Assembly (NCBI GenBank): GCA_965227775.1
Contig: OZ245777.1
Coordinates: 2,784,001-2,848,000 of the forward strand
Source of the DNA: Phycisphaerales bacterium
GTDB lineage: Bacteria > Planctomycetota > Phycisphaerae > Phycisphaerales > UBA1924
Length of the DNA: 64,000 nt
Direction: 5' to 3'
The position numbers were made by a program, and so were the translations under genes. The notes under the pieces were generated by a model, which saw nothing but the letters and a program-made list of their open reading frames with translations, searched no databases and was not told where the DNA came from. Positions 18,620-29,525 of the stretch are shown here, piece after piece (within the stretch, counting starts at the first letter, position 1; every line of letters begins with the position of its first letter).

Positions 18620-19561
18620 ATGACCGACCCGATCATTACGGGCGTGCACCACGTCACCGCGCTGGCCAAGAGCCCGCGCGGCAACCTGGATTTCTATCGC
18701 CGCGTGCTGGGCATGCGCTTCGTCAAGCGCACCGTCAACCACGACGACCCGATGACGTACCACCTCTACTACGCGGACGCGGCCGGCTCGCCCGGCAGCG
18801 TGCTGACCCACTTCCCCCACCCCCACGCGGCGCGGGCCCGCCACGGCTCGGGCGAGATCCGGCGGACGATCCTGGCCGTGCCCGAGGGCGCGCTGGGTAT
18901 CTGGCGCGAGCGGCTGGTTGCGCACGAGGTGGAGTTCACGGAGACAGCGCGCTTCGGTGACACGCGGCTGGAGTTCGAGGACCCCGACGGCATGGAGCTG
19001 GGCATCTGCGAGGCGGACGTTGCCGACGCCGGCGAGCCTTGGGTCGAGGGCGGCGTCGACGCCCAAAACGCGATCAGGACGGTGGACGCCGTCACGCTGA
19101 ACGTGCGCGATGCGGGCGAGACCAGCGACTTCCTGCGCTCGGCCCTCGGCTTTGCATCCGCCGAGGCAGAGAACGGCACGCAGCGCCTCACGCTGCTCGA
19201 TGGCGCGCCCGGCCGGCGGCTCGACCTCGTCGAGGATGCCAGCGACCAGAACCCGATGGGCGCCGGCACGGTGCACCACGTTGCCTGGCGCGTTGCCGAC
19301 GACGAGGCGCTGCTGGCGGTCGCCGACCGGCTCGCCACGCACAACGTGGCGGCGACGCCGGTCATCGACCGCGTGTACTTCCACTCGATCTACTTCCGCG
19401 TGCCGGGGCGCGTGATCTTCGAGATCGCGACCGATGGCCCGGGATTCGACGCCGACGAGCCGATGGCGGAATTGGGATCGAAGCTCGTGCTGCCACCTCA
19501 GCACGAGCCGCGGCGCGACGAGATCGAGGCGCACCTGCTGCCGCTTGACGGAGAACAGTGA
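18620..19561 (+). CDS. VOC-family ring-cleaving dioxygenase (MhqO-like)
   Basis: GVHHVTA, VKRTVNHDDP..YHLYY, GTVHHVAWR, DRVYFHSIYFR..FEIATDGPGF. Confidence 0.92.
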   Translation: MTDPIITGVHHVTALAKSPRGNLDFYRRVLGMRFVKRTVNHDDPMTYHLYYADAAGSPGSVLTHFPHPHAARARHGSGEIRRTILAVPEGALGIWRERLVAHEVEFTETARFGDTRLEFEDPDGMELGICEADVADAGEPWVEGGVDAQNAIRTVDAVTLNVRDAGETSDFLRSALGFASAEAENGTQRLTLLDGAPGRRLDLVEDASDQNPMGAGTVHHVAWRVADDEALLAVADRLATHNVAATPVIDRVYFHSIYFRVPGRVIFEIATDGPGFDADEPMAELGSKLVLPPQHEPRRDEIEAHLLPLDGEQ

Positions 19562-19564
19562 CGC

Positions 19565-20281
19565 ATGAACGCGACGGCTGGAGATCATTCCGGCGACCAG
19601 TTCGATACCTCGCTCGAGACCCCGCCGCACGCCGGCGGCGCCGTGTTGCACGCGGGCGCCGCGCCCCAAGACGCGACCATCGCGATGATCATGCTGCACG
19701 GCCGCGGCGCGGGGCCAGAGGACGTGCTTGCGCTTGCCAACGCGTACCGGCTCGACGGCGTGTGCTACCTCGCCCCCACCGCCAGCGACCTGCCAAGCGA
19801 GAAGCACTCGTGGTATCCCCAGCCGTTCACGATGGACTTCGACAAGAACGAGCCATTCATAGAGAGCGCGTTCTCCGTGATCGAGTCACTGCTCAGCCAG
19901 CTCGCCAGGCTGGGCCTGCCGCCCGAGCGCTGCGTGCTGGGCGGCTTCTCGCAGGGCGCGTGCCTGGTGACGCACTTCGCCTACCGCTACCCGCGCCGCT
20001 ACGGCATGATCGTCGGCTACAGCGGCGGCCTGATTGGCAACCACAAGCACGTCTTCCAGCCGCACGGCGACCTCGAGGGCACACCGGTCGATCTCTCCAG
20101 CGGCGAGCGCGACCCACGCGTCACGTGGCCGCGTGTCGAGCAGACCGCTCGAGTCTTGCGTGCCATGAATGCCGAGGTCGCGCTCCAGAGCTACCCCGAC
20201 CTGCCGCACACGATCTGCCGCGAGCAGGTCGAGAAGACCCGCGAGCGGTTGTTGAATCTCATCGAGCACGTCACGAAGTGA
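19565..20281 (+). CDS. Phospholipase/carboxylesterase family alpha/beta hydrolase
   Basis: MLHGRG, GFSQGA nucleophile elbow, D and H of the catalytic triad. Confidence 0.9.
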   Translation: MNATAGDHSGDQFDTSLETPPHAGGAVLHAGAAPQDATIAMIMLHGRGAGPEDVLALANAYRLDGVCYLAPTASDLPSEKHSWYPQPFTMDFDKNEPFIESAFSVIESLLSQLARLGLPPERCVLGGFSQGACLVTHFAYRYPRRYGMIVGYSGGLIGNHKHVFQPHGDLEGTPVDLSSGERDPRVTWPRVEQTARVLRAMNAEVALQSYPDLPHTICREQVEKTRERLLNLIEHVTK

Positions 20282-20328
20282 CCGCGTGAAGGAAGCGGTC
20301 GCGGCGGCCGTACCATCGCACGAACCAC

Positions 20329-20414
20329 GGGCCTGTGGCGAAATCGGCAGACGCGGCGGACTTAAAATCCGCTTGGAGGAAACTCCAGTGTGGGTTCGAG
20401 TCCCACCGGGCCCA
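20329..20414 (+). tRNA. tRNA-Leu (anticodon TAA)
   Basis: GGGCCTG/CGGGCCC acceptor stem, GCGGA-CTTAAAA-TCCGC anticodon arm, long variable arm, GTGGG-TTCGAGT-CCCAC T arm; CCA not encoded. Confidence 0.96.
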
Positions 20415-20554
20415 TTCAACGGCACTTCGACCAACAACCGACAAACGACAGGCACGCGCGCCCATCGCCGGAACCCCATCCGCCGGCGGGCTATCGTGCC
20501 CCGTTCACCCATCCCAGGCCGATTTGGGCGGCCGATCTGCAGGGGGCTTTCGGC

Positions 20555-21373
20555 ATGAACAATCTCAAGGGCCACTTCGTGCTCATCGGCGTCGCGATCG
20601 TTGGCGTCGCGCTCATCCTGGTTGCCATCCTCATGCCGCCCGGCGAGGTGCCCCTGCCCGAAGAGCAGCAGGAGACGGCCCAGGGCGAAACCGGCGACAC
20701 GGGTACCAGCGACACTGGTGACCAATCGACGCCGGCTCCACAGATCCAGCCCGCCGACGAGCCCGCCCACGTGCGGCTGCTCCGCGCTGCGGCGGCCGGC
20801 GACATCGCAACTATCGAAAGCCTGACCGGCATGGGCGTCCGCGCCGACGCAGCTGCAAGCCAGGCCGATGTCGACGCCATGACCTCGCCCCAATTGGAAG
20901 TCGGCATGACGGCGCTCATGGTCGCGGCCCGCGACGGCGACGAGCGGACCGTGATGGCGCTGCTCGAGGCCGGGGCCGACGCGAACCTGCAGTCGAGTTC
21001 CGGCATCACCCCGCTGATGCTCGCATCGGAGCGTGCCGAGTCGGGCGGTGTTGTCACGCTCTTGGGAGCCGGGGCAGATCCCTCGATCCAGGACAATCGC
21101 GGACGTACGGCCCTGATCTACGCCGCTCGCAGCGGGGCGCATGGCTCGGCGGCCTTAATGCTCGAGGCGGGGGCAGAGGTAGACCACGCCGACAACGACG
21201 GAGCAACGGCCCTCATGCACGCCGCGGGCGCCCAGCACCTCGAGGCCGTCCTGGTCCTGCTCGGCGGCGGCGCGAACATCGAGGCCGTTGATACCAGTGG
21301 CCGTGGCGCCATGGATCGGGCGGGCTCGAGCGGCCCCATCGCCGACATGCTTCGCGAGGCAGCAGGCGGGTGA
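20555..21373 (+). CDS. Membrane-anchored ankyrin repeat protein
   Basis: N-terminal TM helix; repeated G.TALM.AA..G motifs. Confidence 0.9.
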   Translation: MNNLKGHFVLIGVAIVGVALILVAILMPPGEVPLPEEQQETAQGETGDTGTSDTGDQSTPAPQIQPADEPAHVRLLRAAAAGDIATIESLTGMGVRADAAASQADVDAMTSPQLEVGMTALMVAARDGDERTVMALLEAGADANLQSSSGITPLMLASERAESGGVVTLLGAGADPSIQDNRGRTALIYAARSGAHGSAALMLEAGAEVDHADNDGATALMHAAGAQHLEAVLVLLGGGANIEAVDTSGRGAMDRAGSSGPIADMLREAAGG

Positions 21374-21430
21374 GGATCGGCGACCCATAGCTGGAGGCCG
21401 GACGCCCGACCGGCCGATATGGGGCCACCG

Positions 21431-21853
21431 ATGGCTGACGTCTCAGGCGTAACCGGACACAACCCGCTCGCCGCCCTGCAGGGTGCGACGCGGGCGCTCC
21501 GCGTATCGCCGGCTTCACCGAACGCCATCCGGACGAACCAGCCGGCCGACGTCATCAGCTTTACGAAGGCCGCTGAGCGGCTCAGCCAGGCGAAAACCCA
21601 GACTCAGGGTATCCAGGCGTCGCCATCGACGTACGGCGTCCCGGGCCTGCAGGCGACCACCCCTTCGGCTGCCCAGCGTGAGATGGGCAAGCTGGTCGCC
21701 GCACGCGTTGACGCGCCAATGGACTACGTCTCGGGCCAAGTCCAGGGCCGCAACGGCTCGCTGCCGTTCTACACGAACCCAGCGCTGGCCAACAGCGCCG
21801 CCACGAGCACCAGCGTCGCGCGCCTGGGCACGTCGATCGACACGACCGGCTGA
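21431..21853 (+). CDS. Hypothetical protein
   Basis: Coding-like ORF filling the gap after the ankyrin gene. Confidence 0.6.
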   Translation: MADVSGVTGHNPLAALQGATRALRVSPASPNAIRTNQPADVISFTKAAERLSQAKTQTQGIQASPSTYGVPGLQATTPSAAQREMGKLVAARVDAPMDYVSGQVQGRNGSLPFYTNPALANSAATSTSVARLGTSIDTTG

Positions 21854-21872
21854 TTAACTGATCGAACCGGGA

Positions 21873-22481
21873 TCAGCCCCGCAGCCGAATCCACACCCCC
21901 ATCGCTGCAGCGCCGGTGAGATTGCTGACCAGGTCCCAACCGGTGTTCACGTAGCCGCCAACGTTCGTCTCTGGCATCGTGAGTACGGCTACAAACTCAA
22001 CCACTTCGTTGAGCGCGCCGAGCCCGATGCCCATGAGCACGCACGCGACCGCGAGCCCCGTCGTCGCCTTTGGCGTACCGCCGTCGCGCGCGAGCGCCTG
22101 GCGGAGGCACTCCCAGCACACGAGTGTTGCCACGGCGAAGCCGAACGCGTGCAGCGCCTGGTCGTACTTCGGCAGCCACTCCACAGGTCGGAAGTTATAG
22201 AGCACGCCCGCCTCGCCCGCGGGCACGTTGCCACCTGCCAGGTGCAGCACGGCCCAGACGAGCAAGCCCCAGATCGCGGCATGCGAGAGTCCAACCTTGC
22301 GATCAAGCACGAAGACGGCAACCGCCAGGATGACGAGCACCACGCCGTAGAAGATGAACTCGGCGTTGCCGTTCACGATGGCAAAGATCGAGAATCCAAC
22401 GAGCGCAACCGCGAACACGAGGACCGCGATCAGCCTCGTTCGATCCACAACCAACGGCTTCTTCTTGCTATCCATGCCCAT
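21873..22481 (-). CDS. Membrane protein (DUF2238/YjdF-like)
   Basis: Five hydrophobic helices; LHLAGG, YDQALHAFG, GALNEVVEF, NTGWDL. Confidence 0.8.
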   Translation of the reverse strand: MGMDSKKKPLVVDRTRLIAVLVFAVALVGFSIFAIVNGNAEFIFYGVVLVILAVAVFVLDRKVGLSHAAIWGLLVWAVLHLAGGNVPAGEAGVLYNFRPVEWLPKYDQALHAFGFAVATLVCWECLRQALARDGGTPKATTGLAVACVLMGIGLGALNEVVEFVAVLTMPETNVGGYVNTGWDLVSNLTGAAAMGVWIRLRG

Positions 22482-22535
22482 GTATCGGCCCGCGGCCGCC
22501 TCCGAGGCAACGAAGGGCTGCCGGGCCGGAAGTCC

Positions 22536-23309
22536 TCAGCTGATGAGGAGCCGCGCAGCCCAAGCGGCGAGCACACCCGCGACCATCTCCGCGTCGTCCT
22601 TGTTCGAGAGCAGATGGTCGGCCTGGCCCAAGCTCACGAAGCTCTTGGGGTGCTTCGCCCAGCCGTAGATCGTCGCGGCGTTGTCGATGCCCACGATGGC
22701 GTCGATCGGCGAGTGGAAGATCATCAGAGCCCGGCGAAGGTTCGCGATCGCCCGCTGCGGGTCTTGCTGCTGCAGGTCCTCGACGAGTCCCGCGCCCACA
22801 CGGAACGGGCGGCCGCCAATGCTGACTTCTGCCGAGCCAGCGGTATGGATCTCTTCGAGCCCGGCATCGAACAGGTGCGTCACGTGCTCGGGGGCGGCCG
22901 GAGCTCCGATCGTCGCCACACCCCGAACGCTCGAGATCTCTTCACTAGCTGTGCCAGCGAGCGCAAGCACCGCGGCGCCGCCCAGGCTGTGGCCTATGAG
23001 CAGGCCCGGTGGCATCCGGTTTGCACCGAGCCAGGCACACGAGGCGCGTAGATCCTGCACGTTGCCGGTAAAGGTCGAGTCGGCGAATTCGCCCTCACTC
23101 TGGCCGAGCCCCGTGAAGTCGACTCGCAACACCCCGACTCCTCGTGCCGCGAGTGATCGAGACACGCGCGACGCGGCGATGGAGTCCTTGGAGCACGTGA
23201 AGCAGTGCGCAAAGAGCGCAAAGGCGATCGCCTCGCCCTCCGGCTCATCGAGCTTGGCGGCGAGTTGCGTGCCGCTGGGGCAGGTGATGCTGTGGTTTGA
23301 GGTGGGCAC
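22536..23309 (-). CDS. Alpha/beta hydrolase (type usually associated with OsmC)
   Basis: FAHCFTCSKD, DFTGLGQSEG, GHSLGG, HPKSFVSL..ADHLL. Confidence 0.9.
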   Translation of the reverse strand: MPTSNHSITCPSGTQLAAKLDEPEGEAIAFALFAHCFTCSKDSIAASRVSRSLAARGVGVLRVDFTGLGQSEGEFADSTFTGNVQDLRASCAWLGANRMPPGLLIGHSLGGAAVLALAGTASEEISSVRGVATIGAPAAPEHVTHLFDAGLEEIHTAGSAEVSIGGRPFRVGAGLVEDLQQQDPQRAIANLRRALMIFHSPIDAIVGIDNAATIYGWAKHPKSFVSLGQADHLLSNKDDAEMVAGVLAAWAARLLIS

Positions 23310-23347
23310 GGCTTCTCGCTCCAGTGGGTGGGTCGTGCCAACGAGGC

Positions 23348-26149
23348 TTACCCGTGCGTTGTTCCTTCGCCTGGCGACGCATCCTCGGATGGTGCCTGCA
23401 CGCGTCCCATCATTGCCGCGTACCCAACGCCAGCACCCAAGAGGATCAACCCAACCACTGCCGAGCCGATGATGCGGGTCAGGCCGTCCAGGGCCGCCAT
23501 ATCAAGCAGCACGGCCTTGATCGCAGTGAGTGCGAGCAGCGCGAGGCCCGCCCATCGTACGGACGCGATGCCCCCGGCAATCCGCACGCCGAGCGCGATC
23601 ATCGCGACGGCGTACAGCGCCCACCAGACCGAGAGGGCCGCGTTCGGCGCCGCCTCGCCCGCGACACCCATCCAGGCCACCGAGCGGTACACCTCCGACG
23701 AACTCAGGACAAAGCCGAGCACGCCTGCGGCTACGAACACCGCCCGCCGGAGCATCCGCCGAACGACTGCTTGGTCCCATGGCACGCCATCGACGTCGGT
23801 CACGCGCCCGAGCCGCCAGCCCAGAGCGAGAAGAGTGGCGATCACGATGAGCCCAGACGCGATGTCGCGGTGCAGCAGCGGGGCCGCATCGATATCGCCC
23901 CAATCGCTGGTCGCCCGGTGACCGATCCAAACCGCCACGAGCAGCATCGAAGCAACGCTTGAAAGTGTGGAAAGCAGCCATGGACGCAGCAGGCTCGGAT
24001 TCACGACGGCAAGGACCGCCACGCTTGCCACGAGCAGCGACCAGCCTAAGAGCAGGTTGGCGAACGGAGTCCCATCGCCCAACAGCATCTCGCCGAACGC
24101 GGCCAGCGCGACAGCGACTGCGACCATGCGCACCATCGGCGGCACACCGCGCAGCGCACTAGCAGCGATCCAGGAGAGCCCCACGACCAGCAGCGACCAC
24201 GAGGCGTCGGTCCACGAGATGATGACATCGGCCGGCAGCGGTCGAGCGTTCTTCAGCGCGGCCGCCGCGGCGTACGAAGAAACGCCCGTGCCGAGCGCGA
24301 GGATCACCCCCGCTGTGTTTCGCAGGTCGATCCGCTTCAGCAAGATTGCCCCATGGGCCGCGAGGGCTCCAACCACCGCCCAAGCCGCGCCCAAGGCCAG
24401 AGCCTCGCTGCCCGGGCCTAGGAGCGCGAATGTGGCCGTTGCAAATGCCGTGATCGCCGTGATCTGGCGGTACACCGAGCGACGGAGCAGCACGGCTGCG
24501 AACCCGACCGCGGCGGCGACGACGTACACCTGCGCTGACCACTCGGAGAAACGCAGGCCGAGCACGCCCGTCGACGCCAGCGTGCCTTGCCGCTCATCGA
24601 AGACGGCAAACCAAAGGTCGAACGTGACGACTCGGGCCAACCCAAAGCCCATGAAGAGCAGGCCAAGCACGCTGGCCGCGGCGAAGTGCATCCGCACGCC
24701 AAACGCAACTGCCGCCAAGCCGACGAGCGCCCAGGTGATGACTTCGGCCGCGCCGCCCAGGCCGGTCGCGATCGTCAGTGCCAGGAGTGCCGCCGCATCG
24801 ATCACCAGTGCAGTCGACAGCGCGGAGCGCGCCGAAGGCTCGCCGGTCCAAAGCGATCGCCCCGGCGCGCTCACCAGCGCGACCCCAACCGACGCGAGCG
24901 TGAGGAAGGCGGGTACGAGCCATACCTCGCCGGCGGCGTGCTCGTGCACCGCGAACGCCATAAGCACCACGGCCCACACGGTCACGCCGAACACGGAGTT
25001 GATCCATCGAGCCTCGGGCGTCCACAGCGAACGCAGGTCGAACTCGATCGCCTCTCCCTGCTCGCGGCGCACGAAGCCGGTGTTTGATTCTTCGGGCCAG
25101 TCAACCCTGGGCCGCAAGCGCGAGAAGAAGCGTGCGGAGGCGTATAACTCGGCAATCGTCATGGCCCACACGAGTGACGCGAACACGATGACGGGCGTGA
25201 GGCGATCTTCAAACACGCTCAGGCCCCAGAGCGTGCCCAGGATCGCTGTGCCCCACCACCCGAGCCGGCGGATGATCGCGAATCCGTGGCCCTTCCAGCC
25301 TGCCAGCACAAGGCCCATCGCCAGCAGGGCCAGCAGGTACGCGGGCAACGCAACGTACGAGGGGGACTCTGTTCGCACCACCAGCGGCACGACGAACGCG
25401 CCAATAAGCGACAACCCGGCCAAGAGGACGCGGTTCGACAGCGCGCCGAGCAAGACGCCCGCGAGCGATGTGAGGGCGAGCAACCCGAACGCCACCGGCA
25501 TCGGCATGAGTTCGTAGATTCGCGCCGCGGCGAGAATCGACCCGAACACGATCGCTAGACCCGCCGCGCTCACGCCGCTGGAGGCCAGGTCGTTTATGCG
25601 TCGACGGAACACCTCGCCCACGGCAACGAGGCCAACCCCGAACGCGGCCCCCAGCGTACACCGCACCCAACCGGGTACCTGATCGACCCAGCCCCGGTCC
25701 CAGGCTTCCTTCAGAAAGAAGCCTGCAGCGATGACCAGCACGAGCACGCCGGCCAGCACGATGCCCTTGGCACCAACCAGCCACTCGAGTTCCGAGAGGT
25801 TCCACGCGCGACGAGCCCGTGCTTTGGGCTCGTCGTTTTTTGTTTCATTCGCGGGCAGTGGCGGAGCGGGCACGATCGGCGGCGCATCTTGCCGCATCGC
25901 GGCGGCTGCCAACTTTTTGTCGCGCAACTCTTCAAAGAGGCTCTTGGCCTTGGGCTCCTCGGCCGCCGGCTCTTCCACGACAGGCTCTTCAACTACGCGC
26001 TCTTCAGAGGCGGGCTCAACTTGCGTCGGCTCGGCCGTATCCGCAGCAAAGCGGGCTTCGAGCAATTCGAGCCGCTCCTGCAACGCCTTGAGCTGCGCGC
26101 GAACCTCCGACAACTCCTGCCGCGCATCATCGTGTGGCCGGTCCCCCAT
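23348..26149 (-). CDS. Large multi-pass membrane protein (DUF2339-like)
   Basis: LEWLVG..G...L....FF.K.AWD.GW; many TM helices; C-terminal KAVLLDMAAL..LTRI. Confidence 0.85.
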   Translation of the reverse strand: MGDRPHDDARQELSEVRAQLKALQERLELLEARFAADTAEPTQVEPASEERVVEEPVVEEPAAEEPKAKSLFEELRDKKLAAAAMRQDAPPIVPAPPLPANETKNDEPKARARRAWNLSELEWLVGAKGIVLAGVLVLVIAAGFFLKEAWDRGWVDQVPGWVRCTLGAAFGVGLVAVGEVFRRRINDLASSGVSAAGLAIVFGSILAAARIYELMPMPVAFGLLALTSLAGVLLGALSNRVLLAGLSLIGAFVVPLVVRTESPSYVALPAYLLALLAMGLVLAGWKGHGFAIIRRLGWWGTAILGTLWGLSVFEDRLTPVIVFASLVWAMTIAELYASARFFSRLRPRVDWPEESNTGFVRREQGEAIEFDLRSLWTPEARWINSVFGVTVWAVVLMAFAVHEHAAGEVWLVPAFLTLASVGVALVSAPGRSLWTGEPSARSALSTALVIDAAALLALTIATGLGGAAEVITWALVGLAAVAFGVRMHFAAASVLGLLFMGFGLARVVTFDLWFAVFDERQGTLASTGVLGLRFSEWSAQVYVVAAAVGFAAVLLRRSVYRQITAITAFATATFALLGPGSEALALGAAWAVVGALAAHGAILLKRIDLRNTAGVILALGTGVSSYAAAAALKNARPLPADVIISWTDASWSLLVVGLSWIAASALRGVPPMVRMVAVAVALAAFGEMLLGDGTPFANLLLGWSLLVASVAVLAVVNPSLLRPWLLSTLSSVASMLLVAVWIGHRATSDWGDIDAAPLLHRDIASGLIVIATLLALGWRLGRVTDVDGVPWDQAVVRRMLRRAVFVAAGVLGFVLSSSEVYRSVAWMGVAGEAAPNAALSVWWALYAVAMIALGVRIAGGIASVRWAGLALLALTAIKAVLLDMAALDGLTRIIGSAVVGLILLGAGVGYAAMMGRVQAPSEDASPGEGTTHG

Positions 26150-26249
26150 CAAGAGTTAGTATACACTTTACTTTTTCGGGTGTCCACCGATAGCGGTTTC
26201 GGCATGTTGATCGCCGGCTGCGAGCCACAAGCCGCCAAGAATCGGCCTC

Positions 26250-27785
26250 ATGCCACACCACTCCTCCCTCGTGCTCGATGCGTCCGCACTCTCGATCGAC
26301 GACGTGGTCGCCGTCGCTCGCCAAGGCCGACCGGTCGCGGCGGCGCCGGCGGTCGTGAAGCAGCTGGCCGGGATGCGATCGAAGCTCGAAGCCCTGACGA
26401 CCGACGGCAACGCCTACTACGGCATCAACACCGGCTTCGGATCACTGGCCCGCACGCGTATCGATTCGGAGAAGCTCCGCGAGCTCCAGGCCAACCTCAT
26501 CCGCAGCCACGCGGCAGGCGTGGGCGAGCCCTTAAGCGAGGACATCGTTCGCGGCATGTTGCTGCTGTTGGCAGCATCGCTCTCGCGTGGCTACTCGGGT
26601 GTGCGCCCGGTTGTGGTCGAGACCATTATCGCCTGGCTCAATGCGGGGCTCACGCCGGTCGTTCCCTCGCTCGGCTCGGTAGGCGCATCGGGAGACTTGG
26701 CACCTCTGGCCCATGTCGTGCTCGCGATGATGGGCGAAGCTCCGACGATGGACGGGCGCACTCCGCAAGACGCCGGCATCGAGCCGCTCACGCTCGAGGC
26801 CAAGGAGGGCCTGGCACTTATCAATGGCACGCACCTGATGGCCGCGCGAGGTGCGCTCATGCTCTGCGACTATGCGAGTCTGTGGTACGCGGCGCTGTTT
26901 GCCAACGCCATGTCCATCGATGCGTTTCGCGCGAGCGATTCCTACCTGCACTCTGGCGCACACGCGATCAGGTTCGCGTTGCAGCCAACGACCGCCGCAG
27001 TGAATTTGGAGATGCTGCTGCACGGTAGCCAGATCTTGCCAAGCCACAAGACCGACGACCCGCGCGTCCAGGACCCATACTCGTTCCGCTGCTCTCCGTA
27101 CGTGCTCGAGGCGGTTGGCGACCTGGTGAACTATGTGCACAAGGCTGTGGAGCGCGAGCTCGGTGCTGTCACCGACAATCCGCTTCTCTTCCCGAACGGC
27201 GACACCCTCAGTGTTGTGAGCGCCGGGAACTTCCACGGCATGCCCATTGCCATCCCCCTGGACACGCTGTCCATCGCGGTCGCGCACATCGCGGGCATCA
27301 GCGAGAGGCGTGTCTTCGCCATTCTGGCTGCCAGCGACCCCGAAACCCATCTCCTTCCGTACCTCTCGCACGGTCCCGGGCTGCACAGCGGGCTCATGAT
27401 CGCCCAGTACACGGCCGCCGCCCTGGTCAACGAGATTGCGGGCCTTGCCAGCCCTGCCAGCGTCATCAATCTTCCGACGAGCGCTGGTATCGAGGACTAC
27501 AACAGTTTTGGACCCCGCAGCGCAGCCAAGGCCGCGAGATCGATTGAACTGGCTCGGCAAGTCGTCGCGATCGAATTGATCTGCGCCGCGGAGGGAATCG
27601 AGTTCCACCGCCCCCTCCGATCCGGTCACGGCATCGAAGAAGCGATCCGACACATCCGCGAAGTCGTACCGTCGTTTGCCGAAGATCGATCGCCAGCGCC
27701 GGCGATCGAAGCGGTTTCCGGCATGATCCAGCGCGGCGTGTTCGACGAGATCTACTCTTCTCTGGAGCCCTTCGAAGGCGAATAA
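26250..27785 (+). CDS. hutH: Histidine ammonia-lyase
   Basis: YGINTGFG, GSVGASGDLAPLAH (MIO-forming ASG), QDPYSFRC; adjacent to hutU. Confidence 0.93.
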   Translation: MPHHSSLVLDASALSIDDVVAVARQGRPVAAAPAVVKQLAGMRSKLEALTTDGNAYYGINTGFGSLARTRIDSEKLRELQANLIRSHAAGVGEPLSEDIVRGMLLLLAASLSRGYSGVRPVVVETIIAWLNAGLTPVVPSLGSVGASGDLAPLAHVVLAMMGEAPTMDGRTPQDAGIEPLTLEAKEGLALINGTHLMAARGALMLCDYASLWYAALFANAMSIDAFRASDSYLHSGAHAIRFALQPTTAAVNLEMLLHGSQILPSHKTDDPRVQDPYSFRCSPYVLEAVGDLVNYVHKAVERELGAVTDNPLLFPNGDTLSVVSAGNFHGMPIAIPLDTLSIAVAHIAGISERRVFAILAASDPETHLLPYLSHGPGLHSGLMIAQYTAAALVNEIAGLASPASVINLPTSAGIEDYNSFGPRSAAKAARSIELARQVVAIELICAAEGIEFHRPLRSGHGIEEAIRHIREVVPSFAEDRSPAPAIEAVSGMIQRGVFDEIYSSLEPFEGE

Positions 27786-27791
27786 TCAGCG

Positions 27792-29513
27792 ATGCAAACG
27801 ACTACTCCCGCGACCATCCGCGCCCCACGCGGCACCGCCCTGAGCTGCAAGACCTGGCAGGCCGAGGCAGCCATGCGGATGCTCATGAACAACCTCGACC
27901 CCGAGGTCGCCGAACGGCCCGAAGACCTGGTGGTGTACGGCGGGCGCGGTCGTGCGGCCCGCAATTGGGCGAGCTACGAGGCGATCATCACCACGCTCAA
28001 GCGTCTGGAAGTCGATGAGACGCTGCTTGTGCAAAGCGGCAAGCCCATCGGGGTCGTCCGCACGCACGAGGACGCTCCGCGCGTGCTCATCGCCAACAGC
28101 AACCTCGTGCCGCACTGGGCCACCCAGCAGCACTTTGACGAGCTCGAGAAGGCCGGGCTGATGATGTTCGGCCAGATGACCGCGGGCAGCTGGATCTACA
28201 TCGGCACGCAGGGCATCTTGCAGGGAACCTACGAGACGTTCGCCCAGTGCGCTCGCGACCACTTTGGTGGAACCCTGAAGGGCAAGCTCTGCGTCACCGC
28301 AGGCTGTGGCGGCATGGGCGGGGCGCAGCCGCTCGCCGTGACCTTGTGCGGCGGAGTCTGCCTCATCGCCGACGTCGATCTCACCCGCCTCCGCAAGCGC
28401 GCGCACGACAAGTACCTCGACGAGATCATTGATGGTGTCGATGCCGCCATCGATCGGGCCCTCGAGTGCAAGAGGACCGGCGAAGCCAAGAGCATCGGCG
28501 TCGAATGCAACGCGATCGAGTTGCTCGAACGATTGATTGAGCGCAACGAAACAGTCGACGCCCTCACCGACCAAACCAGCGCCCACGACCCGCTCGAGGG
28601 CTACACGCCCATCGAGTACACGTTTGAGCAGGCCAAGCACGCGCGGCAGGATGATCCGGACGCCTACCAGAAGTTATCGATGGATTCCATGGCCCGCCAC
28701 GTTCGCGCGATGCTCGAACTCCAGAAGCGCGGCGCGATCACCTTCGACTACGGCAACAACCTCCGCCAGCGCGCCAAGGACACGGGCGTTGCCAATGCCT
28801 TCGACTTCCCCGGATTCGTTCCGGCCTTCATTCGCCCACAGTTTTGCCTGGGTCGCGGCCCCTTCCGCTGGGTCGCGCTCTCCGGAGATCCGAAGGACAT
28901 CTACATCACGGACAAGGCGATCCTCGACGCCTTTCCGCGCGATGCCAACGACTACAACGCCCGCCTGCACGACTGGGTGCTGGGCTGCCACGCCAACCCC
29001 GATGCGCTCACGGCCGGCGACTTCGACAACTGCTCGCCACGCTTCGGCTGGCAGGGCCTGCCGGCTCGTATCTGCTGGCTGGGACTGGGCGAGCGCGATA
29101 AGGCGGGACTGATCTTCAACGACCTCGTGAAGTCAGGCAAGGTCAGCGCCCCCATCGTCATCGGCCGAGACCACCTCGACTGCGGCAGCGTCGCGAGCCC
29201 CAATCGCGAGACCGAGGCCATGAAGGACGGAACCGACGCCGTGAGCGACTGGGCGATCCTCAACTTCGCCGTCGCGACCGCCGGCGGAGCGAGTTGGACC
29301 AGCTTCCACCACGGCGGCGGTGTTGGCATCGGCTTCAGCCAGCACGCCGGTCAGGTCATCGTCGCCGACGGCACGGCCAAGGCCGCCGAACGCTTGAGGC
29401 GTGTCCTGACCAACGACCCGATGATGGGCGTCTTCAGGCATGCTGACGCAGGGTACGACGATGCGAAACGATGTGCATCGGATCTCGGCGTCGACATCCC
29501 GATGGCGGAGTAG
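27792..29513 (+). CDS. hutU: Urocanate hydratase
   Basis: [30 protein letters not shown]. Confidence 0.97.
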   Translation: MQTTTPATIRAPRGTALSCKTWQAEAAMRMLMNNLDPEVAERPEDLVVYGGRGRAARNWASYEAIITTLKRLEVDETLLVQSGKPIGVVRTHEDAPRVLIANSNLVPHWATQQHFDELEKAGLMMFGQMTAGSWIYIGTQGILQGTYETFAQCARDHFGGTLKGKLCVTAGCGGMGGAQPLAVTLCGGVCLIADVDLTRLRKRAHDKYLDEIIDGVDAAIDRALECKRTGEAKSIGVECNAIELLERLIERNETVDALTDQTSAHDPLEGYTPIEYTFEQAKHARQDDPDAYQKLSMDSMARHVRAMLELQKRGAITFDYGNNLRQRAKDTGVANAFDFPGFVPAFIRPQFCLGRGPFRWVALSGDPKDIYITDKAILDAFPRDANDYNARLHDWVLGCHANPDALTAGDFDNCSPRFGWQGLPARICWLGLGERDKAGLIFNDLVKSGKVSAPIVIGRDHLDCGSVASPNRETEAMKDGTDAVSDWAILNFAVATAGGASWTSFHHGGGVGIGFSQHAGQVIVADGTAKAAERLRRVLTNDPMMGVFRHADAGYDDAKRCASDLGVDIPMAE

Positions 29514-29525
29514 CGAGGAGAAGGC

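Noticed and set aside
20329..20414. tRNA-Leu(TAA) as an island attachment site or a bldA-like regulator
   Set aside because: I saw no duplicated tRNA 3' end or integrase, and TTA codons occur in ordinary genes here (hutU, pgk)
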